Shown piece by piece: positions 50,201 through 64,000 of a stretch of DNA of 64,000 nt. Origin of the DNA: Azolla caroliniana. Taxonomy: Eukaryota > Plantae > Polypodiophyta. Position 1 is the first letter of the stretch; every line of letters begins with the position of its first letter. The stretch is from positions 10,540,001 through 10,604,000 of the forward strand of contig JBHGNT010000005.1 of NCBI GenBank assembly GCA_043228905.1. The letters run 5' to 3'. The notes beneath the pieces are model-generated. The model was not told where the DNA came from. It worked only from the letters and a program-made list of their open reading frames with translations, and searched no databases. The position numbers and the translations under genes are program-made.

Positions 50201-51459
50201 TACTCAAGAATCTACATGTGGAGGTGTCCGATCTGACGACGATCTATTGCGACAACCTCAGTAGCATCCAACTTGCGAAGAACCCCGTCTTCCATGCCCA
50301 GACCAAGCACATTGAGGTGCACTACCATTTTTTCTACGACTATGTCCTCTCCAGTGAAGTCGAACTAGTAAATGTTCCGATGAATCGGCACTCTACCAAC
50401 ATCTTCGCCAAGCCCCTTGGTCTCGACAAGTTGCAGAAATTCTCAGATGTTCTTGGTTTGCGGCACCTCAATGTGCCGATCTTGGGGGGGAGAAAAGACT
50501 AAGAAAGGGAGCAGGAAAGGAACGAAAATCACCGCGAAGCCGAGCCGGATGAAGAATTCGATTTCAGGTCGACTGAAGAAGCCGAAGGTGGAAACAAGGG
50601 CAGCAACCAAAGGGAAGAGCCAGAATCGGCCGAACAAGCGGGAGATGAAGACAAGAAGGGCGAGATGGCCAAGACCAAGACATGGTCTGATGTGGTTAAG
50701 AGCCTGAAGACAGAAGACGAATTGGAGACAACCAATTCGAGCAACAGTGGAAATGAATCGGAGACAGCCGAATCAGTTTGAATGTTCGATTCAGAGACGC
50801 CGAATAAACTAAAGGCCAAGCGGCGGAAAGGACAGTGGAAGAGGCGCCAACACGGCGATAGCAAGGGAGCTAAGAAAGACCGCACAAGCAGACAAGCCGA
50901 CCGAAAGGGTTGAGGCACACGGAATTGAACGGGTCGAGGAGCGCGAGCGAGGCGTGAAACCAAGAGAAGCTGGAGTGAAGATCCGGAAGAGCAGGCAGAA
51001 TCTCAAGTTGATATTAAGGGGGAGTGTTGAGATACAAGCTCAACATTGGGTACATAAACCGGTGCGTAAACCAGTACATAGACTATGTGCGTAAACCGGG
51101 TGCGCAACAAGAGGTCGTAGTAGTGTGTAAACGAGGAGGTTGTTGGATCGATATTCTGCAAAGGAATATATTTTGGGAGTTAGTGTAGGGGTTCATTGAT
51201 GAACATTGACATACGAGTCAGTACTTCTGTCAGTTTGTATGGACATGTATAAAAGTGCTCTCTGAGCACATCCTATGTACAAAGCTTTAGAGTATTGTTT
51301 TAGAATAGACTTTTCTGTGTTATGCTCTCTCTCTTTCTCTCTTGCGTACGTTCTGATGATTAAGCTTTCCATTAAACCTTCCTTATCTTCCTTGTCTCTT
51401 GTCTTTTATCTGTTGTTACCCGGTTGTGTTTGTTAAGCTTCCGCACATATTCTTTTACA
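47297..51459 (+). mobile_element. 5'-truncated decayed Copia with 3' LTR 51025-51459
   Basis: CWYCGKKGHGESEC, WYVDSGASNHM, LRSDGGKEY, YTDADWAG; RT largely deleted near 49590; PPT aagggggag followed by TG...CA. Confidence 0.85.
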
Positions 51460-52480
51460 ATACTCTCTGCAACTCCATTTTGGGGTGGATTATAAGGGGC
51501 AATGAGTTCCCTCTTTATCCCTTTGCTGTCACAAAATGCTTGAAAGGCCTTGGACACATATTCCCCACCAATGTCAGAGTGAAAACACGTGTCTTATCAA
51601 TTTGATTCTCAACTAATGCCAAAATTGTTTGAAACTTGTCGAGCACTTCATCCTTGCAACGAATAGGGTAAACCCATACCTTCCATGTAGCATCATCGAC
51701 AAAAGTGACTAAGTATTTCTTTCCCCCTAATGATAGCCCTGGCATCTTACATACATCTAAATGTACTAACTCAATAGAGGACAACTTCAGCGAAAGAGAC
51801 TTTTTATGAGATGTTTGTACGCGTTTGCCATAAATGCAATGATCACAATGTTCAAAATCAGCATAACGAAGACATGGCAAGTAACCCAAATGAGACAATA
51901 CTTTCATCACTCATGTGTCCCAACCGCCCATGCCATAAAGAAAACTAGGTTGCTCGGTTATGGCAACAACATGGTCACTCACACTAGATACATGGAGAGG
52001 ATACAAAGTATCACTTTTACTACCCTTGGCAATAACTCTATATCCCTTACAAATCTTCCATTTCCCATCACCAAAGGCCGTGTGAAATCCATCATCATCT
52101 AGTTGTCATGTGCTAATCAAGCTCTTCTTGAGCTGAGGTACATGTCATACATGCCGAAGTGTGAAAGCAAAAACCATGCTGAAACTGTAATTGCACAATG
52201 CCAATACATGCAATTTCACATGCATAGTTGTCCACAAGATGGACAACACCATGTCGACCCCTTGTGTAATCTGAAAACCACTCACGATGAGGGGTGACGT
52301 GAAAAGAAGCACCAAAATCGAGTATCCAAGTGTGCATGTCATCATCCATATCTGCAACTAAAGCATGTTCTCTATGGCATGATGGAACAAAGAGTACATC
52401 ATTTCCACTATCACTATCATGAGTGACTACATTCACCTCTTCATAGTATTGTCTTTCCTCGGTTGAATGTCTCTCTTTTC
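51460..52480 (-). pseudogene. Copia PR/integrase remnant
   Basis: WILDFGASFH, VHLDVC, FVDDA and PPQNGVAE motifs. Confidence 0.8.
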
Positions 52481-55400
52481 TGTTACCCGGCCAACAAAGG
52501 AGTTAAAGACCAGAATGTGAAAGGGATGGGTTATTCGGAATAGATTATAATTAAGTAGTTTATGGGACGTGAACAGACGGACCGGAATCGGTATGCCGAT
52601 TCGGATTCGGACTAGTTCCGAACAGGTGCCGGTTGGCACCGTTTTGTACTCAACACCGGTGACCTATATAAAGGCCCGGTTACAATGTAAAACTTTGACG
52701 GATAATTAATAGAGCTTCTTGTTTTATCTTTAAGTATTGATTACCGTTCTGTACTAATTGTTCTATCATACGCATGTATCAAATCTAATGCCATATTGCT
52801 ATGTAACCAATTAAGTCTGATTAATCGTTGTCTTAAGTTATCTCGCCGTAACACCCCTTTGGTGAAGTGTCTTCCGTAGACACCCTGTGTTAGGCCATTG
52901 TCCGGCCCTAAGGAATAACATAGTTTTTGGCGACCACGATTCCAGCACAATCGCAGCGAACATCGGCAGGAATGGATGACTAGACCAACGAACGACCCAG
53001 TTACGGAGCAAGCAAGGAGACTTGCTGAACGGCTGAGGAAGCGAGAGGCTTTCCAGCGAGTGGCAGAAGAAATCAAAGCGGATCGCTCATTTTCCAAGGT
53101 GATCCGAAGAGTGGCCAAGGAGTCACTTCGCTTACAATAAAACGACTACCCGGATGAAGGAAGCAGCCTAAGCAGCCTTTGGGAAGCAGAATCCCTTCTC
53201 CAGGCATTGGCAGTGGGCGAAGGCGAATCCGAAGCATTTTTGTCTTTTGAATCGGATTCGGAAGGGGAATACAGCGCGCATATGAACTACCGCAGCAGTA
53301 ACAACACCCCAAACGGACCGGAGGACGAGGAGTCGAATACCTTGCCAACACCGGAACCAGAATTGACAAGGATGGAACCTCTGGCACCGAAAGTCGAGCA
53401 CACTCCGGAACCAAAAGTCGAGGAAGAGAGACCTCCGACACCGGAAGTCGAGGAGGAGAAGCCTCCGACACCGAAAGAGGAGCAGGAAAGACCTCTGACG
53501 GCGACAGAGGACCAGGAAAGACCTCTGACGCCGACAAAGGAGGAGGAAAGACCACCGACACCACCAACCCGCGCACCGACACTAGACGACGATATGTCGT
53601 TCCAATATCCTAGATACCGGGATGATCCGGACGCGGAAGCTCACATCCATGCCTTTCAGCAGGCCTGGGAAGCAAACCATGTGTCCCAATGCTTAAATGC
53701 GGCTGATGGGGAACGCTTAAAAAGGGTAGAGTTCGGCATGACCTTGGAGGGATCGGCCGCCAGATGGCACCGAACACAAAATCCCAGCACCATCCCCACG
53801 TTTGAAACATTAAACACAAAATTCTTGCATTTCTTTCACAAGGAGATGGACCAACGGGAAATGGTAGGCCTATTTTACAATATCCGGTAGGAACCAACGG
53901 AGAACATTCAACACTTTTTCGTCCGGTTCCAACGGATCCATAGTCAGCTTAGTTGGACACCACCGAAGGAAGAAACAAAGGCCATATTCTTAGCAGCACT
54001 CCGGGAACCCTTACGAACGATGTGCACCGTCATTGATTTCTGCACCAGCAGCATAGATCAAGTGATCGACCGAGTTTGGGAAATGGAAAACTCAAGTTCA
54101 TGGCTAACCATGGGCGCACTTCAGCGTGCACTACCGACAAATGAGGACCTCCGTTTCCTGCAAGCAATTCAATGTACGACATGCCTGAATGCCGGACATT
54201 CGCCGCTGGAATTCACCATGCGTTCCCAATGCTTGCTCTGCCACTCCAGAAGTCACACAATGGAATGGTGTGACTATAACTTGTTAAATCGGCAAGCACC
54301 ACCGGTCCGGGAAATTGAACCACGAAGCAACCGGGAGGAAGAAGAAGAGCACTGGCGGCGAGAGGAGCACTACCGGCCGGCACAAGATGTCCGGTACAAC
54401 AATCAAAGAGACGCTTATGACCGGTATGACAAACAGGATAGATACCAGGACTCTAATGGATAGTACGAGAGATACAACCGGGATCACTCCCCTGGTTACA
54501 ACCAACGACGGGACGACTATGGCAAGTATGACAACCAGCCCCGTCAAGGTTACTGAAACAAAAAGAATTTCAACAAGAAATGTCATTCCAACAAAAAGGG
54601 GGGTCATCCACGGGAACCGGAAAAGGGCGCTCCAAGCAGCCAACCAGACCAAAACCAAGCACTTACCACAGGACCTCAACCAAGCACAAACGCGGAATCC
54701 AGCAACACCCGGAAGGCGTACTGCTATTATTGCCGGCAAAAAGGCCACTATAGTAACCAATGTTCGGCGAAGAGCTACGACAAGAGATCAGCGGTGAACA
54801 TGGTAGACGCGGAAGTCGCAAACTTACAACAAGTCACTACAAGATCAAAAGGTAAAGCCACGGAGTGGGAAACTCAAGAAGCCATCCAGAAACAGGCAAC
54901 CGAATGGGTGAAGAAGGCAAACAAGCGGAATGCGGCAGAGCTCGAACAACAAAAGGAGAATGCCGAAGAGCTCACCGGCCCGGGGCAGCCCGACAACCCA
55001 ACATGGCAGGCGTTACAAGAATGCCAAATAACGCTGCCGTTAGGCCGGCTATTGCAACTGGTACCACGTTTCACGGAAGGACTGAAGACAGGAAGGACGG
55101 TAGATGACACGCCACCGGCTCCCGCATTCTTTTCAAATCCGGAGGAAGGACCGGCAGTGGTAGACATGAGCAGTCTGGCAATCACAGCCATCGTGAAAGG
55201 AAAAGAGCTACCCGGCACGATTATCGATGGAGGATCCGGCATGAACGTGATCAGCCTCCGAACGTGTAACACTCTAGGAATCCATGACTGGGAACCATGC
55301 CCATTTTGGCTTCGGATGGCGGACACAAGCTCAGTACGGCCGACCGGATTAATACGTGATCTAGAAGTGACCATCGGGGGTCACACATTTCGCATTTCCG

Positions 55401-58400
55401 CAGTAGTTCTCCAGCTACAGGCTCAGGGAGCTTACCCACTATTATTGGGACGCCCTTGGTTAAAAATAGCACACATCAAGCAAAATTGGAGGAAGAATAT
55501 AATTACGTTCCAGCGTGGAAAAGCGAAAGTGTGAGTACCGACTCAACCACAGTCCGGTACCGGCAAGGAATTGACGCCGCTATATGCGGAATGTGTCAAC
55601 ATGCTGGAAGGATTGGCGGACGAAGAGGTCGATCAATACTTACAGGAAAATCCGAAGATCGTACCGTTGTTCGAAATTGATGTAGCCGAAGTAGTATCAT
55701 CGTACATGCTGCAACCAGACAGGACCGACGAGGAACCGGATAAAGAAGGGATCCGGGAATTACGGCAAGCACAAGAGGCACTGGAAAGAGAAATGGCAAT
55801 GTCGCAATGCGTAAAAGCATCCCAACTAGAAGAGGTAAACCTAGGTACCACAGAGGACGCAAGACCGGTTCACATCGCCAAGGAAATGACCCTGGAGAAC
55901 AAAATGGCAATGGTCACACTCCTAAAAGAATTTTGCGATGTGTTCGCCTGGTCTTATGAGGACATGCGGGGACTCGATCCTCAGTTGTATCAACACCAGA
56001 TACATCTGAGTAAATACGCCAAACCGGTAGCGCAACAACGTTACTGGATGAACCCAAATTACGCAGCAAAAGTCAAAGAAGAAATCGACAAGTTGCTAAG
56101 GGTTGGCTTCATCCAACCGGTAAAGAAAGCCACATGGCTCAGTCTGATAGTCGTAGTACCAAAAAAGAACGGTAAGATAAGTGTTTGCGTCGACTACCGG
56201 AAATTGAATACGCCTACGATAATGGACACCGTCCCACTTCCATTCACGGATGGAGTCCTGGATGCAGTCGCCGATCATGAGATGTATAGTTTTCTGGACG
56301 ATTTCAGCGGCTATAATCAGATCTGGATGCACCCCGACAACCAGGAGAAAACCGCTTTTGTCACTGAATGGGGAGTCTTTGTTGCCGTAGTGATGATGTT
56401 TGGACTGAAAACGCTTAGCGGTTCAAAGCCAGCACTTCTGTCTATTACAGGACACACTGTACCACAAAGGCGCAGATGGCATATGGCAGCGTGCAGTGCC
56501 CAACGACGAAAAGGAAATAATATTGCGCGAAGCACACTACGGAGTGGCTAGAGGACATTATGCTAGAGACGCTATGGCAAGGAAAATATGGCAAAGTGGA
56601 CTATGGTGGCCGACAACATTGAAGGATGCAATCCGGTACACTAAAGAATGCAACCTATGTCAGCGAATGGGCCAACCAACTGAACAAGCTAGGATGCCTC
56701 ACCAGCCTGTGCTACCATTAGAACCACTTCAGAAATGGGGGTTGGATTTTGTCGGGCCATTCAAACCACCAGCAATGAGAACTGGCAACGGGTACGTGAT
56801 TGTCGCTATGGATTATTGCACCAAATGGGTGGAAGCCAAAGCACTACGCGACAATACCGCGGCATCCACGACAAAAATTTTATATGAATACATCTGGTGC
56901 CGGTATGGATGTCCGATAGAACTAATAAGTGACCAAGGTGGGCACTTCTTAGGGCAAGTAGTGGAAAGTTTGATGACATTCTATGCGGTGGTGCACAAAC
57001 GGAGCACTCCATATTATCCGCAAGCCAACGGATTAGCCGAGTCAACAAATAAAACACTACAGAACATCCTTCGAAAAATCGTCAATGAGAACTGGACGGA
57101 TTGGGATACAAAGCTACACAGTGCACTCTGGGCCTATCGAACGGCATATAAGACAAATATCCTCACAACACCGTTTCGCCTAGCATTCGGATTGGAAGCA
57201 GTGATGCCGATCGAGTTCCAGGTACCTAGTTTACGAATCCAGATTCGGGAACGCCTAAATGAGAAAGAATCGGAAGTGATCCGGTTAGCCACGCTATGCG
57301 AATTGGAAGAACACTGGCTAGCCAGCATCATGCACCTAGAACTTGAGCAGCGGCGAAGGAAAGCGTTCGTGGATCGTCACCGAAAAGGGAACGAAAAGAT
57401 GTTCGGAATCGGTAAGCCAGTACTAATATTCCAGACCCGGAAGGGTAAGATGTCGGGGAAGCTACGATTTCGGTGGACCGGACCATACTGGATCACTCGT
57501 GAGTTCAACGGTTCCTACCAGTTAGGGACACTCGCCGGTGAGGTTCTGGGTAAATGGGTCAATGGGTTCCGACTCAAACCATACTATGGACCCATGCCAA
57601 GAAACCGATTTGAACAAGTAAAGGCCCACACAAAACCTCACACCGGTAAGTCGGAGGAGACGGCAACATGTTTAGCAATCGGCAAGCGTGAAGCCGGTAA
57701 GAGGGAGCACAAGCCGGCAAACGGCAAGAACGACGCGACGGCAAGCAGTCCAACGGCCAGCAAGTCCCACAATTCGGATAGGGGTCCGGTGGGACCGGAT
57801 GCGAATTAACCAAACTGTTTTTATTATAATAATAATAAATAAATAAATAAATAAATAATCAAATCAAATCAAAGTAAATCATGCAAGGGCGAGGTGTGAA
57901 CGGACACATGCAAGAACAAAGAGTGAACAGGCACTTTGAAAAGGTACGTAGTGGGCTATTAATAGGGTATTAAACCGCTGCCACATGGCACAACATTCTA
58001 TTTTAGTACACGATGTGCACACGCGCGGGTAAGAAAAACAGGCGCCAACATGCAGCAGGAAAACCCCCACCGCATAGAGGTCTTCACATTTCGCGAGCAG
58101 CGGAGCACAAACGTAGACAAGCGATTGAAGATTATCAGACGCAAGCCCACGCACACAGAGCCTCCTCACACACATCCCTCACCAGCGCTCACCGACCTCG
58201 AAGAAGCCATGGACTGCCAAGCACTCTTTGAAGCAGCCAAGAAGTGGCTAAGGCAACACAGGTTAGAAGGTTTCCTTACGATCATGGAGGCACCACTGCA
58301 CCGGGAGGCGGGGAAGATAGTAAAAGAAATCGACACAGAACTGATCACGGAGGAGGCCATCCATGCTTTGATCAGCCTTCCGGAGGGAGGCATCTTCACT

Positions 58401-60333
58401 ATCAACAACCCTACCCCGGAGCAACTCCGAAAATATTTTGGCGAATACTCCCTGGCCAGCAAGGCTTACAAGACATAGGATGGCGAAGATACATTATTTC
58501 GGGAGATTTCCCGTGTGCTCCATGAATTTGGACATGTATACCCTCGACCCCCGTGCATGCCTCAAAACCGGGCCAGCTTAATCATAGCAACGTATGAAGG
58601 CGTGAAGGTGGACTGGCTGGTACTGATTGCGGACGACCTCTGTGCGGCCATCGACTCTGTAAGAGGCAAGGAGGGTCGGAAAATATGGACTGCAGTGGCA
58701 CAATGGCTCACCCTATTGGCGCCACCTATCGAGCCCACCAAGTCCACGAAGCGGGGGAGAACGACCGAAGGTACCCTGAAAATAGCTTCGAACCAGATGC
58801 AAAAGTGGAGGATCTCGGAAGAGCAAAGGGAAAAAATTTCTGATGCGTATCACCAGTTGCAAACAGAGCACATCGCCGCCAGAGAACAACATCGGGATGC
58901 TTGGAGACAGGACATGCACGAAACTGTAGCTCAGCTCACCAAACGTTATGAGTAGACAATCGCGCTCATCACTGAAAAAGCAAAAGATAATCAAGCTACT
59001 TTATCATTCCTCGTCTGCAAAAGCCAAGAAGAAGCCAAGGCTGCAAGGGAGGAAGTGGAAGTTCACCGAGCTAGCATCGGCATGGACAATACTAAAATCA
59101 AGATCCTGATCAACAAGTATCGCAAGAAATTCGCCAAGAAAATCGAAGAAACGCTTGACCACGTCTGGCAGGAATGGTCAGCCCAAGCCGCGGACCTACA
59201 CATACTACACGCAGATGCCGAGAACCGACAGAAGGAGGGCCGAGGGTTTTACAAGATGGATGACACCAACATCCAGACCCTCCGTGAAGACTTAACTGAG
59301 GAATATCATACCTTAGTAGCGTCCCACACCGCGGCCATCGAGCAACTTTTCGAGGAATTCAACAACGATCTAATGGTGTTTCGCTTAGAAGCCGAAGCTT
59401 ACAAGGACGAACGCCTAGCTACCGGGATTAACAGAGCTCCCACGACCAACGAGCAAGGACCCGAGCCACCCACCACGGAAGCTAGACCGGAGGAACCTGC
59501 CCCTACAGACCCCCACATCCCACTCGAGCCACAGACTACAACCACGACCCTGCCTGAATTGGTCCCAACGGAGGAGGGCGCACACGATGACACAGCCATG
59601 CCTGACTCGGCAACAAAACGTCCATCACCAATCCCACCTTCCGAGCAGCCAAACCAACCCCATGCCCCCGAGGATATCCTCGGCATATTGGAAGAGGAAT
59701 AAAACAAACCTATAAGCCCTCGTATAAATAGGCAATTTTTGTAATTTTTTTTGTTTTTGCCAAATCCATGGTTACCCCTCCACATTGTGAACCGTGGGTC
59801 CGACAGACAAAGTCCTGTCCCACGAGCATGCCAGGTGTTGTCCATAGGCCAGAAATATAAATATATTATGTAAACTCGCCGTTATGTAGAAGAGTAGGTG
59901 AGGAAATAGGTAAGACTAGAAATAGCCATGTGTTAGCCCTCACAATCAGCCGATGGCTCAGCTCTTCCTCAAGAGGAAAACTATATAACATGAGTTATGC
60001 ATACCTCAAAAGGGGGGATTATCTAGATCATTCTTAGCGAGAGTAATATCCTAGCAGCAAGCTCTGTACGAACTGTTCCCGGTTGAAAGCCGAGTACTGT
60101 AATCACTGTGAGCTTTACCATTTAATATAAGTTTCGTTTTTCTAAGCTTCTATCTGTGTATTCTCCCCGTACTCGTAAATCAAGCTACGTTTATGCCTAA
60201 CGGGTTGTAGCCCATGCACGCTCCTCGTTCTCCTTTCTTTTTCCCCGTGTAGAAGAGGCTTCCACGTAACACGATCCCTTGACACCGATAGCCTGTGGGC
60301 TCATCGAAGGTGTTTCCCCAGAAACGGTTAACA
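52481..60333 (+). mobile_element. Non-chromovirus Ty3/Gypsy (Tat/Athila-like organisation) with an extra 3' ORF; decayed, possibly chimeric
   Basis: 5' LTR 52481-52920 and PBS TGGCGACCAC (tRNA-Arg-type) at 52928. Gag with EEERPPTP repeats and Cys/His clusters, PR IIDGGSG, RT N-half, INT WGLDFVGP/ISDQG/QANGLAE/WTGPY. Extra ORF 58050-59702 and an LTR-like tail ending ttaaca at 60333. Confidence 0.8.
58050..59702 (+). pseudogene. Extra ORF downstream of Gypsy pol (unknown; helical/coiled-coil with Pro-rich tail)
   Basis: Colinear fragments 58050-58478, 58515-58955 and 59055-59702; homolog at about 3830-4700. Confidence 0.6.
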
Positions 60334-62561
60334 ATACTCTCCGCCATTGTCCACTCGAACTGCCTTCAACTTACAGCTGATTTCTCTCTCGGCCCTCACC
60401 TGGAACTCTTTGAAGACGGATAACACTTGATCCATCGTCTTCAGCATGGAAGCCCACAACTTTTGGCTATAGTCATCTATAAAGGTCACAAAATATTGTG
60501 AACCACTATGCGACTTCGTGTCCACGTAGCATACATCCGTATGCACGAGTTCCAGCGGTATTTTCTTCCTCATTGGGGGCCTTGTTCGGAAGGATGTTCG
60601 ATTTTGCTTACCGGCCAAGCAATCCGTGCATTTCTCAAGTTGCACGTTCTTCACCTCCGGAATGAGGTTATCCTCGGCAAGCTTCCGCATCCCCTTTTGG
60701 CTCATGTGGCACAACCTCCTGTGCCACAGTTCACTGACTGTTTCGGCTACCACATTCACTTCCCCACGGCATAATCAAGCATTCATTACGTACAGTGTGT
60801 TGGTTTTCCGTGCTCGAGCCACGATTAGGCTCCCCTTGCAGAACGTCATGACACCATTCCGGATGCTACCCGTGTAGCCTTCATCATCCAACCGACCGGC
60901 TGATATCAAGTTCAATCGAACCTCCAGAACGTGTCGAACATCTCTCAGCACGAGTCTGCAGCCAATTGAGGTCACCAAACACACGTCTCCAATGTCGACG
61001 ATTTGGCATGCTCCTTCATTTCCCATCTTTATAGATCCGAGATCATCGGCCCTATACGATGAGAAGCATTTCCAGTCAGGGGTTAGGTGAAATGATGTAC
61101 CCGAATCTACCACCCATGTCGATTCATCGCTGACAAGGTTCACTTCATTCTGCTCGCTAATGAGCAGCAACTCCTCCTCACTTGTCGCGACCGCCGACAT
61201 GTTCCTGTTTTCCGAAAAAAATTTCAGTTGCATACCATCAACTCAGCTCCCCCTTTTTTCCTTTCAGAAATGTCGGCAATTCTTTTCAAAGTGCCCCGGC
61301 TTCCCGCAATAGAAGCACGTGGACCTTCCTCTTGACTTCGACCTCATCCTCGATTTGTGCCGGTTTTGGGAACTCTGATACCGGCCTCTTCCCCGGTTGT
61401 GGTCATCTTCCGTAACCAAGGCCTTTGGATCGGTTCCGGACTCCCGGTCCTTTCGGCGAGCTTCTTCATCTAGCAAGGTTTATTTGACTCTTGCTAGGGA
61501 CAATTGTTTTCCTTCCGGCCGACCATTACTCAACGTGACAACTAGAGTCTCCCAACTATCCGGGATGGAACCGAGTAGGAGTAATGCGGGTACCTCATCG
61601 GTGAGAGGTACTTCCAATGAGGTTGCCTGGTTTATCAATCCCTGGAAGGCATTCATGTGCTCCGCCATACTAGAGCCGTCTTGGTACCAGAGCCTCACTA
61701 GTTTCCTGAATACCAAAACCCGATTAACAACATTCTTGTTCTGGAACATGATGTCAATCTTCTCCAAGAGTTCATGAGCCTTACTTTCTTCATTGAAATT
61801 GTTGTACATGCTCATGTCGATGAAGCACCGGGTGTATGCCGTCGTCTTCATGTGCATCACCTCCCACACTGTGGCATCGATCTTATCCGTTCTCTTGTCC
61901 CCGAACTGAACCAACAACCAAAGATCTTTAACCACCAGCATATCCCTCATCTTCCACTTCCACATTGAGTAGTTGGAGCCGGTGAGCTTGAACATGCCAC
62001 TGAACGATTCTTCCATTTCTATTGTTGTTTGCTCTGATACCACTTTGTCGAGAATCATGACCGACCACAACCGGCTTCTCATTCGGATGTTCGGGTGTAG
62101 GGAACGTAAAATAGAATGCACTCAGACAGAGTACGAAAACAGAAATAGCACAAGAGACAGAGACACACGATTTTAACGTGGAAACCCGAAATGGGAAAAA
62201 CCACTATGCCCAAAAGAGGAGTACAACTAGAAGCTCCAAGGCAACAACCTCGAGATTCTACTTTGTCAACAGACGGCTACAGAGTTACACACTCACTCAC
62301 TTATTGTTACATAGTTACAGAGGCAACAACCTAATAAGTAACCTTTTGACTATCACACATTATATTATGATTGCCCTAAGTACTTATATACTAGTACACC
62401 TTTTGGGTTATTTACAAGTGTAGCCCATAAGGGCATATTTAGACTATTTGCAAGTATAGTCTTCCGAGTTGGCTGTCTACACAATTTCGGTTTCGGCCTC
62501 GGCCGAGTTCCTCATCAACTCGGCTCTTCTCTTCCCATCCAGAGGGACCTGTTTCCTAACA
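60334..62561 (-). mobile_element. Copia family A 5' half: LTR 62046-62561, PBS 62031-62042, gag-PR-INT
   Basis: GMFKLTGSNYSMWKWKMRDMLVVKDLW closely matches the 26624-27793 gag; WVVDSGTS and VHTDVC motifs. Confidence 0.9.
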
Positions 62562-63596
62562 ATTCTCTCGGTCGACTCTGTCGGTCGAACAACTCGGTCG
62601 AGTGATGGGCTTCTACCGATTCATCAATGGTAAGTCCCATCGATTTTTGCCGAATGTCCTCAATGAGGACTTGGCCGATTGTCTCATCCATATTTAGGAT
62701 CGGTCGGAAGTGTAGGTCGTGCAAAATACCACCCAACTCGCCAACAAGGTCGATAGGAGGGCAAGGGCTTTCACTTCTTCTTCAAAGTTGATCCCTTGAG
62801 AGGAGAGTTCTGACAACACCCGGTTGAAGGTGTTGATGTGAGAGGTAGCCAGATCGGTCTCTCTCATCTTCATGTTGAACAATTGTTTGATCCAGATCAG
62901 TTTTGAAGATGCGGACTTTTTCTCATACACAGCTTGTAGCTTCTCCCATAATGGGGATGTTGTCGTCTCTTTTGCCATGTTGAAGTAGACATTTTCGGCT
63001 AGGTGCATTCGAATGGTGGAGTGCGCGATTTCATCCATTGATCTCCACTCATCAGCTGACATTGAAGCAAGCTTTTCGGAGTGTCTAATGGCCTCGACTT
63101 GTCTTCAAATAATCAATACATCCAGCATCATCTCCTTCCATAGGGAAAGTTTCTGCCGTCGAATTTTCAGATCTCAACTCCTGTACCAGATGTTGATGCC
63201 ATGATTCTTTTGAAGGTGAGATTTGCTAACCTGGTCTTTTTCCTTTCAGTTTTTTTTTTGTTGTTTGTTGCCGTTGAGCCACGGATCACACTGATATCAG
63301 TTGAAGGACAGATATGTGTGGAAACATATGTGAGGACCTGTCGATTATGCTCAGCAAACAACACAGAGGGAAGGCAAGAAGATATAGACAAATAATGGAC
63401 ACACACGGATGAAGCTTTAATGGAAGCTCTTTTTATTTTTGCTTTCTCTCTCTCTCTCTCAGAGACTCGATGTACAGGATGATCAAGTGATTCTCTCTTT
63501 ACAACGTTAGGTTATCGCTTATATACTAAGCCCTAACTATATGGATGAGTTCACACTAGGATACAAAGTGGAAGGAGTCGGCCTTTTATGCCAACA
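62562..63596 (-). mobile_element. Copia family B 5' end: LTR 63302-63596 and gag
   Basis: Colinear with 11290-11965; TIRMHLAENVYF gag block. Confidence 0.85.
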
Positions 63597-64000
63597 CTCA
63601 TGTCAAGAAGAGAACTTGTCTCTACAAGTGTAAAGATAAGCATCTTGCACGAGGAGAGAAGGAAGGACAAGGGTGTCCTATCCCAGTTAGATGCAAATGT
63701 GTTGCAACATTCACGAAGACAATGGAACAAACAAACAAGTCCACAAAGAAAGGACAAGTCCCATGCCAGATCCAAGTCCAAGGGTAAGCTTATATGCTTT
63801 TATTGTGGAAAACCTGAACACTTCTAGAAGGACTGCCGACACCTTAAGAAGGACAAAGGTGTCTCAAATGATGTCGAACCTAGAAAGATCCCTGATGAGA
63901 ATGGCACTTTAGCCGTGGCAACAAGCGAAGAGGAGCTCCTGTTCATTTCTGAACATGCCAGTGCAAACATTACAAATGAAGAGTGCACCTGGGTGATTGA
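63597..64000 (+). pseudogene. Copia gag Zn-knuckle/protease remnant
   Basis: RSKSKGKLICFYCGKPEHF...VATSEEELL...CTWVID. Confidence 0.8.

Overview
Eukaryotic, gene-free, repeat-saturated window, most likely heterochromatin of a non-seed land plant such as a fern, lycophyte or bryophyte. That origin is inferred from tRNA-iMet Copia primer-binding sites, Tcn1-like chromoviruses and heavy C>T decay. About 80% is nested, mostly decayed Ty1/Copia and Ty3/Gypsy LTR retrotransposons, including one near-intact young Copia (15290-20697, TSD AAAAG). The most notable object is a 15.3-kb DNA transposon with both ends present (24711-40027; about 9.3 kb without nested inserts). It has 25-bp TIRs and a 4-bp TSD (ACTT), confirmed by an empty-site paralog at about 13141-13190. 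It carries a spliced, decayed Sola2-like DDD transposase on the - strand and two convergent passenger units on the + strand: a spliced unknown ORF and an FCP1/NIF-like HAD-fold ORF with degenerate catalytic motifs. Its introns are filled by arrays of the palindrome TAGCTAATTAGCTA, which also sits next to both TIRs. A second, truncated, inverted copy lies at 896-2507. Other points: a captured HSP70 fragment, solo LTRs with 4-bp RCGT TSDs, and chromovirus LTRs with heat-shock elements and an apparent self-priming structure. All family assignments come from motif recognition by eye; no database search was run.
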